Positions 53,400 to 64,000 of a stretch of 64,000 nt of DNA are shown here, in pieces. Numbering within the stretch: position 1 is the stretch's first letter; every line of letters begins with the position of its first letter. The DNA is from Eledone cirrhosa (lineage: Eukaryota). The position numbers and the translations under genes were made by a program. Below the pieces are notes generated by a model. That model saw only the letters and a list, made by a program, of their open reading frames with translations, was not told the origin of the DNA and did not search any database. Location of the stretch: the NCBI GenBank assembly GCA_964016885.1, contig OZ024759.1, forward strand, positions 8,990,001 through 9,054,000, written 5' to 3'.

Positions 53400-53790
53400 T
53401 GATGCCCTGTAATTCCCTGATTAACCTTTTCAAATTTCATTTGAAAAGGAAAATCAGGGTAGAAAGGGAAGTGCTCTCTTCTCAGCATTTTGTTGAAAGA
53501 TGGGTGAGAGACGCAAGAATGGCCCGAGTGAATGGGCCTACTCTGAGTATATGTCTGTAAATTAAAGGTGGAAAACAGGGTCACTGTGGCCTTTTAATGG
53601 GCTTTCTCCACGAATGTCCCTCGGAAGTCTCCCCCCTATTGGGGAATTTTTTCATTGTTCTATTATTACATCCTCTGTTTCTTGTTTTTTACATGCAGAA
53701 ATGCCCATTTGTACCGTCCTGTACTGTCCTTAATGTCTACTTTATGTAAACCCTTGTGGTTAATAAAGAAAGCATTATTGTTATTATTAT
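53400..53790 (+). mobile_element. Tx1/L1-like LINE 3' end
   Basis: [40 protein letters not shown] plus a 3'UTR ending aataaagaaagc(att)n. Inverted homologue of 8855-9218. Confidence 0.55.
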
Positions 53791-54601
53791 TATCATCATT
53801 ATTATTATTATACATATATACATATCATCATCATCATCATCATCAGGTTTAGCGTCCGTGTTCCACGCTTGCATGGGTTTGGACGGGGGTTTTCCCACTT
53901 GAGGCAAGAGTGGTTGTCTTGCTCGCATAGGACTGTCTGGCGGGTTTTCTACAGTTGGATGCCCTTCCTAACACCAACCACATTTACAGTGTGGGGCTGG
54001 GAGGTTTTTACCGTGTTGCCTACACGGCCACATTACAGCGTGGACTGTCTGGCGTATATATATATATATATATGCACAAACACAGACAGGATCATCAGAG
54101 TTTACTTTCATAAGTTATCAGCTTACATATAGATCAATTATAGAAATGGTGACAACATCAATATATACAGAAAGAATTTCAAGCAATGAATTAAAAGGAG
54201 TCCTCAACTAATAAGGTACACCTCACCAGAAAATGTATGGTTTACTAAAAGTTTATATGTTGTGCTTTAACAATCTAAGTGAGAAAGCATCATCAAAAGT
54301 CAAAAGTTTATTTAGATGCAGTTGTTTAATTAAACAACTGCATCTAAATGAACTTCAGCACATGGCTGAGTGGTCAGAGAATTGGATTCGCAATCGTGAG
54401 GTTGTAAGTTTGATTTCCGGACCTCACAATGCGTTATGTCCTTGAGCAAGACACTTTATTTCACGTTGCTCCTTCTACCTGGAGTTGCGACCAGTATATA
54501 GTATTGGCAGTTGAAAAGACCAATGGAAACATTGTTTCCTTGGTCCGATTTGACGAGTTCTGGAATCTTGTCGATTGACTGTTGATACATATATATATAT
54601 T

Positions 54602-56755
54602 TCTTGCGTGACAACTTACTGCAGGCTACTGAAGAAACTTGTGGCTGGAGCAGAGCTACAACCAGACAGAAAGTGAGCTGGTGGTGGAACAGCACGGTAG
54701 ATAGGGCCATTAGAGACAAAATACTGGCAGGGAAGGCTTGGAAAAATGGTGGGAGTAGGGAAGAATATACAGCCACTAAGAGAGAAGCTAGACGTCAGGT
54801 GTACTTAGCACGCAGGGAGGCTGAGAGTAGGAGGTTTGCCAATGTTCTGCGACGGGAAGATCAGAGGCGTGCGTCTTCCACATTGCAAGGCAGTGTGTCA
54901 ATGCAAATCAGGATGTTGTTGGAGATAAATGTGTCCGGGATGATGCCAGTGTACTTAGTGTCACGAATGATCAGAAAAAGGAGGCCTGGAAATGTCATTA
55001 TGAGAGACTGATGAATGTGGAGAACGCATGGAAGAGAGAGAAATTACCCTTGGTAGATCTGACAGAGGGACCAGCTATTGAGATTGACAAATATAGGGTC
55101 CAAGAGGCGATTAAGGAAATGAAAAATGGCAAGGCTACTGGACCATCGGGGATAGTTGCTGAGATGCTGAAGGCATCAGGGGACGTAGGCAATAACTGGT
55201 TGCACGCATCATCAATCAGGCTATATATAGTGGTGTCATACCCAAAGACTGGTGCAGCAGTATTCTCATAAATTGCTACAAAGGTAAAGGGGATGCTCTG
55301 GAGAAGAGCAATTATAGGGGTATAAAACTGATGGATCAGGTTATGAAAGTGACAGAGAGAATATTAGCGCAACTAATTAGAGAAAGGGTCAAACTAGATG
55401 AGATGCAGTTTGGTTTTGTGCCTCGGAAAAGTACAACAGATGCTCTCTTCTTGGTGAGACAATTGCAAGAGAGGTTCTTAGAGAAGAATAAGCCACAATC
55501 CTTAGCCTTTGTTGACCTAGAGAAGGCCTTTGATAGGGTACCCTGATCTGTTATCTGGTGGTCCCTAAGGAAACTAGGTGTAGAGGAATGGCTTGTGAGG
55601 ACAGTGCAAGCTATGTACAGGGGTGCTGTCAGTAAAGTGAGATTAGGAATGAAGTTTAGTGAGAAATTCCAGATACAAGTAGGTGTACATCAGGGTTCGG
55701 TCCTCAGCCCACTCATTATAGTCCTCCAAGCCATAACAGAGGAGTTTAAGACTGGCTGCCCATGGGAACTTCTCTATGCTGACAATCTGGTTCTTATAGC
55801 AGAATCAGTAGAGAAGCTAGAGAATAAATTCTGACTATGGAAACAGCAGTTGGAAGCAAGAGGACTGAGAGTGAACCTAGCTAAGACAAAAGTGTTGATA
55901 AGTAGAAGAGAGGACAAAACTCTGATTCCATCGTGGAAATGGCCCTGTTTGATATGTATGAAAGGAACTGGCATAAATTCCATAAAATGTATGCAATACA
56001 GATCTTGGTTACACAAGAGATGTAGTGGGATAGCAGGCAAAATAACAAGTAGGGAAAACTACGTATGCAGTAGTAATCGCAGTGATAGACACATTTTTCC
56101 AATGCAGGGGGGTTCTATAGAAGTGGTTGATAGCTTCCAGTACCTAGGTGATCAGATTAACATGGGAGGGGGTGTTCCGAGGCCATAGTATCTAGAATAA
56201 GGACAGGTTGGAAGAAGTTTAGGGAGCTGCTTCCTCTGTTAACAAAGAAGGGTTTCTCCCTGCATACGAAAGGACGGTTATATGATGTCTGTGTGAGATG
56301 CGCGATGCTGCATGGTAGTAAGACATGGGCAGCAACTGCAGAGGATATGCGATGGCTAGAGAGAAATGAAGCAAGTATGCTCCGTTGGATGTGCAATGTC
56401 AATGTGCGTGAACGACCCAGCATGAATGTGTTGAGACAGAAACTGTGTGTAAGAGGGATAAGTTGTGGTGTGCAGGAGAGAAGACTGAGATGGTATGGAC
56501 ATGTGATGTACATGGAGGATGACCGCTGGGTAAAGAAGTGCCAAGAAATCCCAGTAGAGGGAAGATGCAGTAGAGGTAGACCACGAAAAACATGGGCGGA
56601 GGTGGTGAGAGCAGACCTCAGATCGCTGAAACTCACCGAGGAGATGATGAAGGACCGTGACAAGTGGAGTGGAAAGATGCTGTGCTGACTAGAATCCATC
56701 CCACCCTTGCAAGCAGGGAAAAGTGGACGTAAAATGATGATAACGATAATGATAT
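54602..56755 (+). mobile_element. RTE family B, longest copy, with frameshifts and stops
   Basis: WWWN.., GKATGPSG, NYRGIKL, QFGFVP, AFVDLEKAFDRVP, GVHQGSVLSP, LLYADN, RRLRWYGHV, then the tail. Confidence 0.9.
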
Positions 56756-57158
56756 GGAACTCTAAGCCATATGACTGTAAAAAAAAAAAACTTCTTAACC
56801 TCTCCTCATGTTAACCAACTACTACTACTACAAAAGGTACTACTACTACTACTACTACTATTACTACTACTACATTTGAAGGCATGTGGCTTAGTAGTTA
56901 GGGGATTGGATTCACAATCATGAGGTTGTGAGTTTGATTCCCGGACCAGGCAACACATTATGTCCTTGAGTAAGACACTTTATTTCACAACTAGTAGACA
57001 GTATCAGCAATGGAAACATTAATTTCTTAGTCTGATTTGATGGGTTACACTTCAGTCAAGTGAGGTCTGTATACCTATTCTCTGAACAACTCACCACACA
57101 CTCTTGTAAATCAATAATTATATTTTTCTTGTTTTTTCTTCTGTCTAATCCTCTGCAG

Positions 57159-57277
57159 TAAAATACACAAATGCTGCCATGTTGGTGCTGGAAGTGATAA
57201 AATCTCCCAAGTTTGTTGAAAGCCATTATAATTTGTTTGTGAATCGAAATATCACACATGGGACTGATATATTCCAA
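57159..57277 (+). CDS. Cadherin exon 13 (phase 1-0)
   Basis: ctgcag|TA ... CAA|gtaaga. Encodes (I)KYTNAAMLVLEVIKSPKFVESHYNLFVNRNITHGTDIFQ. Its phases bridge exons 12 and 14 exactly. Confidence 0.82.
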
Positions 57278-57333
57278 GTAAGAAGTTTTCTCTTGTCTAA
57301 TTTGTAAACACATGCACATGTGTGTATATATGT

Positions 57334-57962
57334 ATCATCATCATCATCATCATCATTTTACGTCCGCTTTTCCCTGCTTGCAAGGGTGGGACGGGTCTTA
57401 TTCAGCACAGCATCTCTCCACTCGTCACGGTCCCTCGTCATCTCCACCGTGAGCTTCAATGATCTGAGGTCTGTTCTCACCACCTCCGCCCATGTTTTTC
57501 GTGGTCTACCTCTACCACGTCTTCCTTCAACTGGCATTTCCTGGCACTTCTTCACCCATCGGTCATCCTCCATGCGCATCACATGTCCATACCACCTCAG
57601 TCTCCTCTCCCGTACACTACATTCTATCCCTCTCAGACACAGTTTCTCTCTCAACACATTTATGCTGGGTCGTTCACGCACATTTACACTGCACATCCAA
57701 CGGAGCATGCTTGCCTCATTTCTCTCCAGCCGTCGCATATCTTCTGCGGTAGCTGCCCATGTCTCACTACCATGCAGCATCGCGCTCCTCACACAGGCAT
57801 CATACAACCGGCCTTTCGTACGCAGGGAGAAACCCTTCTTCGTCAACAGAGGAAGCAGCTCCCTAAACTTCTTCCAACCCGTCCTTATTCTAGATACTAT
57901 GGCCTCGGAACACCCTCCTCCCATGCTAATCTGATCTCCTAGGTACCGGAAGCTATCCACCA
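57334..57962 (-). mobile_element. RTE family B 3' fragment (young)
   Basis: VDSFRYLGDQISMGGG...REKRT and (ATG)n tail. Confidence 0.92.
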
Positions 57963-58126
57963 TAAAATGTATAATAAACAATACAATATAATTACCGAAT
58001 AAGACGAATACAAGAAACGTCCGCATTCGTTCGTCAGACAAGGCAATTTAAAACATAGTGAAATATTTGAAAAATCTCCTCAAGAAAGACAAAAGTTTAA
58101 CTGGCAAAAGAAAAATATATATATAT

Positions 58127-58372
58127 AGGAGGCACATGGCTTAGTGGTTAGAGCATTGGCCTTGCAATCGAAAGGTTGTGAGTTCAATTCTCAGACCGGG
58201 TGATGTGTTGTTTCCTTGAGCAAGACACTTTATTTCATATTGTTCCAGTTTACTCAGCTGTAGAAATGAGATGATAGGACTAGGGTCCCTATCATTCCAC
58301 TGCAAAGTGGTTGTGGAGGTGCCATGGCAAATAAGCACCCAGCACTCACTGTAAATGAGGTTGGTGTTAGTT
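58127..58372 (+). mobile_element. SINE family 1, 3'-truncated
   Basis: ggaggcacatggcttagtggttagagc...gagttcaattc...ccttgagcaagacact. Confidence 0.8.
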
Positions 58373-58499
58373 GGTGTCAGTCCAGCCAATGATCTAAAAT
58401 GTCTAAAACAGATTTGGCAACCAAAACATTCACTGGGAATAGCTGTCTATGGCTAGAGGTCATGCACTTTTGCATGTCGTTTGAGCCCTCCTGCTAATC

Positions 58500-58818
58500 T
58501 ATATATATACATATATATATTTATACATACATACATACATATATATATTTATATATTTATGCATACATACACACACATATATATATATTTATACATACAT
58601 ACATACATACATAAATATATATATTTATACATACATACATACATATTTTTACATACATACATACATATATATATTTATACATACATACATATTTTTACAT
58701 ACATACATATATATATTTATGCATACATACACACACATATATATATATATATTTATACATACATACATATTTTTACATACATACATATATTTATACATAC
58801 ATACATACATATTTTTAC

Positions 58819-58850
<32 letters not shown>

Positions 58851-60274
58851 TTATGCATACATACACACACATATATATATATATTTATACATACATACAT
58901 ACATATTTTTACATACATACATACATATATATATTTATACATACATACATATTTTTACATACATACATACATATATATATTTATACATTCATACATACAT
59001 ATTTTTACATACATACATATATATATTTATACATACATACATACGTATTTTTACATACATACATATATATATTTATACATACATACATACATATTTTTAC
59101 ATACATACATACATATATATATTTATATATTTATGCATACATACACACACATATATATATATATATTTATACATACATACATACATATATATATTTATAC
59201 ATACATACATACATACATATTTTTACATACATACATATATATATTTATACATACATACATACATATTTTTACATACATACATATATATATTTATACATAC
59301 ATACATATTTTTACATACATACGTACATATATATATTTATACATACATACATACATATTTTTACATACATACATCTCTCTCTCTATCTAAGGCGGGTAAA
59401 ATTCCCGAGATCCATGGACGAGTTCTCTCCAGCGGTCTCTGTCCCTCATTATCGCTGCCATATCCTGCATCTCCAACAGACCAGTGTCTGTCCTTAGGGC
59501 ATCAACATATGTTTACCTTGGTCTTCCTCTTCTAGTGTGTCCATGTAGGGGCTCCCAAAGGAGCACTGAGTGCAATGTCAACTCTGGATGTCGGTGAGCA
59601 TGTCCAGCCAACCTCAGTCTCCTCTGTGTCACTTTTGAGCTGACTTTTGGGATGTGTGTGGAAGTCGGACCTTCGTAGAGACCTGAAAATCCGCCTCTTC
59701 ATTGCTGTAGTGGAGTCTGTGCTGCTGTATGGGTCTGAGACTTGGACACTGACCAAGAGACTCACTCAGATGGTGGATGGGTGCTACACGAGAATGCTGA
59801 GGATGGCTCTGAACATTAATCAGTATACACTGAGGATGAAAAACATACATACATACATATATATATTTATATATTTATGCATCCATACATACATATATAT
59901 ATTTATATATTTATGCATACATACACACACATATATATATATTTATACATACATACATACATTTATACATACATACATATTTTTACATACATACATATAT
60001 ATATTTATACATACATACATACATATTTTTACATACATACATATATATATATTTATACATACATACATACATACATATTTTTACATACATACATACATAT
60101 ATATATTTATATATTTATGCATACATACACACATATATATATTTATACATACATACATACATAAATATATATATTTATACATACATACATACATATTTTT
60201 ACATACATACATACATATATATATTTATATATTTATGCATACATACACACACATATATATATATATATTTATAC

Positions 60275-60305
<31 letters not shown>

Positions 60306-61470
60306 CATACATAAATATATATATTTATACATACATACATACATATTTTTACATACATACATACATATATATATTTATACATACATACATACATATATAT
60401 ATTTATATATTTATGCATACATACACACACATATATATATATTTATACATACATACATACATACATATATATATTTATACATACATACATATTTTTACAT
60501 ACATACATATATATATTTATACATACATACATATTTTTACATACATACATATATATATTTATATATTTATGCATACATACACACACATATATATATATAT
60601 TTATACATACATACATATTTTTACATACATACATACATATATATATTTATACATTCATACATACATATTTTTACATACATACATATATATATTTATACAT
60701 ACATACATACATATTTTTACATACATACATACATATATATATTTATATATTTATGCATACATACACACACATATATATATATTTATACATACATACATAC
60801 ATACATATATATATTTATACATACATACATACATAAATATATATATTTATACATACATACATACATATTTTTACATACATACATACATATATATTTATAC
60901 ATACATACATACATATTTTTACATACATATATATATTTATATATTTATGCATACATACACACACATATATATATATTTATACATACATACATACATACAT
61001 ATATATATTTATACATACATACATACATAAATATATATATTTATACATACATACATACATATTTTTACATACATACATACATATATATTTATACTTACAT
61101 ACATACATATTTTTACATACATACATACATATATATATTTATGCATACATACACACACATATATATATATTTATACATACATACATACATACATATATAT
61201 ATTTATACATACATACATACATAAATATATATATTTATACATACATACATACATATTTTTACATACATACATATATATATTTATACATACATATATATAT
61301 TTATACATACATACATACATATATATATTTATACATACATACATACATATATATATTTATACATACATACATATATATATTTATACATACATACATATAT
61401 ATATTTATGCATACATACATACATATATATATATATTTTTTACATACATACATACATATATATTTATATA
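58500..61470. repeat. Compound (TACA)n/(TA)n satellite, interrupted by a LINE at 59388-59845
   Basis: Direct reading. Confidence 0.95.
59388..59845 (-). mobile_element. RTE-like family C 3' end with inverted 5' part (59653-59845 on +)
   Basis: 59388-59650 matches 36962-37225. The + segment encodes WKSDLRRDLKIRLF...[24 protein letters not shown]. Confidence 0.85.
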
Positions 61471-61713
61471 CATTTTGCCAAGGGATTGTGAAATGAACAG
61501 ACCTGCTTTTTCTCTAAGAAATTTTTTTTTCTGCCTCAGTATACTCTCCTCTCTCTCTTTCTATTTTATGATGAAGGACTAGTGTCCGAAACGTTAAAAC
61601 TTTTCCTACTATATTAAGTGTGAAACTAATATATAACTTTATTGTACTTCATTGTCTGTTATATTTTTTCTGTTTATTTTTCACATACGCACATACATAT
61701 TTGTACACTGATG

Positions 61714-61762
<49 letters not shown>

Positions 61763-61763
<1 letters not shown>

Positions 61764-62932
61764 AACATGGAAGCAGGGACTAGAAAGAAAGGGTCTCCAA
61801 GTCAACCTGACAAAGACTAATGTCCTTGTAAGTAGACGAGAAAACAGAACCCAAATCCCCTCAAGGAAATGGCCTTGCTCAGTGTGTAGGAAAGCTGTAG
61901 GTAGGAATTCCATCCTCTGCCCCAAATGTAAACTATGGGTACACAAGAGATGTAGTGGGATCTCAGGAAGTTTAGTTAAGAATGTAGGCTTTACATGTAG
62001 CAAACGGCCACAGGAAACAAGCACTCTCAAACTCTGGGAGGGCTCTGTAGAAAGAGCAGACAGCTTTTTCTACCTACGTGACCGAATTAACAGCGGAGGT
62101 GGGTAAGAACGGGATGGAAGAAGTTCAGGGAGCTACTGCCACTGCTAGCTGCAAAAGGCTTTTCCCTCAAAATGAAAGGCAGACTGTATGATGCATGTAT
62201 ACAAACAGCAATGTTACATGGTAGTGAGACCTGGGCACTGTCTGTAGAAGACTTGCGTAGATTAGAAAGAATGAAGTTTGCATGCTCCGATGGATGTGTA
62301 ATAGTAATATATGTGAACGGCAAAGCATAAACGAATTGGGAGAGAGACTGAGGATAAGAGGAATCAAATGCTACGTGCAGGAGAGGAGGTTGCGTTGGTA
62401 TGGACATGTGGTGTATATGAAGGATGACAGCTGCATAAAAAGGTGCAGAGCACTAGAAGTTGATGGAAGCCGTGGAGTGGGGAGACCCAAGAAGACCTGG
62501 GATGAGGTGATAAAAGCTGATCTTGCCCAATTACACCTCTCAAAGGCGATGACACAGGACCGTGACCTCTGGCGTCACGCAGCAATATAGAAGACCCGAC
62601 TTCCCACGGGTACAAGCCGAAGCTGAAGCATATAGACAATATGCCCCCACACCCTCCCACTGCAAAGTGGTCGTGGAGGTGGCATGGCAAAAAAAGCACT
62701 CAGCCCACACTGTAAAGTGGACATGTAGGTGCCACGGTAAAAAAAGCACCCAGCACTCACTGTAAATGAGGTTGGTGTTAGGAAGGGCATCCAGCTGTAG
62801 AAATCAAACCAGAATCAGTTCGCGTATGAGAAAGACAAGGTCAGTCGACCGGACACTGCCCACAACAGGACAACCCGTCTAATCCCTGCTAGCGTGGAAG
62901 AACGGACGTAAAACGGTGATGATGATGATGAT
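61763..62932 (+). mobile_element. RTE family A, degenerate 3' fragment
   Basis: TWKQGLERKGL..CSVC..CPKC..HKRC..RRLRWYGHV, 3'UTR and (GAT)n. Confidence 0.9.
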
Positions 62933-62998
62933 ATATACATATTTATATATATATTATCATCATCATCATTATGATACATACTTCATATATATTGTCAG

Positions 62999-63031
<33 letters not shown>

Positions 63032-63248
63032 ACAAAGAGCTTCTACAGAGCTTCTCTCTATAAAATTTCACTGACAAGGAATTGGTTAACCTGCTGAAGG
63101 TGCCACACTGTGGGATTCCATCTAACACAATGTGATTGCAAGCTGAACTCCTTAACATAACCATACAACCATGTCTGTATCAAATATATTCTTTTCTTAC
63201 TTGCTTTAATATTCTCTACAATTATTTTATGTTTTTCTATATTTTCAG

Positions 63249-64000
63249 CTTTCGCCATGTCTCCTGGGTGACCCTTACTTTAATATATCTCGGGCAACAG
63301 TGACACTCTCGGACACCATCGTCATATACAGAAGCAGTTGTAACTGTATTGTCATCAACAACAAACTTGATCAGAGTAAATACAATGTTACCCTCACCCT
63401 CACTAAAAACGCCCACAGAACCTCTACACAGCTCATTATCCACGTACTATCTGTAAATAGTGACCCACCTGAAATCCTGTTCCCAAAAGATGTGGTTGAT
63501 GTACTAGATAATGTATCCCCTGGTTATGTGATCAGCAATGTAATAGCAAAAGACAATGACTTCACCCCAGGGTTCACATTTTACTTGACCGAGACTTACA
63601 ACAAATTCCATATTGACTCCATCAACGGAAATTTGACAGTTGTCAACAGTTTAGATTATCTAGTTACGTCTTTGTACAATTTGACTGTATTTGTTCAGGA
63701 TCGAGGCTCCCCCCCACTCAACTCACACAAATTACTGATAGTTAAGGTTATTAACAGCAACAAGTTTGCTCCAAACTTCCTACCTTCGCTGGTGACAACC
63801 AAAGAAGTTGATGAGAATTCCAATGGTGACATTCTTTCAGTAACTGCCAAAGATGATGACCCCTCTGATAGTATTACATATGAAATAACCAATGGAAACA
63901 TCGACCAGGCATTTGAAATAAACAGAAACACTGGACTTATATCCGTGAAAAATAATAAAGCTCTCAATTTTGAAGTTACGCAGACATTCAAACTTAACAT
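63249..64000 (+). CDS. Cadherin exon 14 (large, runs off window end)
   Basis: tttcag|CTT. Stop-free for 250 codons: ...SVNSDPPEI...AKDND...IDSINGNL...LDY...VQDRGSPPL...NSNKFAPNF...VDEN...AKDDD...FEINRNTGLI...LNFE. Confidence 0.92.

Noticed and set aside
58127-58200. tRNA gene (A and B boxes)
   Set aside because: No complete cloverleaf. It continues into a SINE body and occurs in multiple diverged copies.
63695-64000. Minus-strand 101-aa ORF (also 63237-63443, 44141-44356 and 46832-47059)
   Set aside because: Antisense shadows of cadherin exons.
63249-64000. Calling the gene a clustered-type protocadherin, or giving it a FAT/DCHS symbol
   Set aside because: It has at least 8 repeats across many small exons, and no TM, EGF/LamG or cytoplasmic region in the window. 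Orthology cannot be determined from this sequence.

Overview
Eukaryotic, AT-rich and repeat-dense genomic DNA. The repeat content most resembles an octopus or other coleoid cephalopod (inference only). The window lies entirely inside one + strand gene for a very large multi-exon cadherin (Fat/Dachsous-like ectodomain). I traced 14 GT-AG exons whose phases join into one open frame of about 890 codons, roughly 8 cadherin repeats, open at both window ends and covering about 4% of the window. The introns hold 5'-truncated RTE LINEs of several families, R4/Dong-type RLE LINEs, Tx1/L1-like 3' ends, two tRNA-derived SINE families, piggyBac-type MITEs and intron-specific mini- and microsatellites. Most long ORFs in the supplied track are artefacts of these repeats. 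Main hidden signals: (1) about 15 minimal type I hammerhead ribozyme motifs in about 5 sequence families, carried by Penelope-like LTR remnants, several of which are near-perfect fold-back palindromes with one ribozyme per arm; (2) a C4HC3 PHD-like finger inserted inside the RT of the RTE LINEs; (3) twin-priming-type 5' inversions in RTE-clade LINEs.
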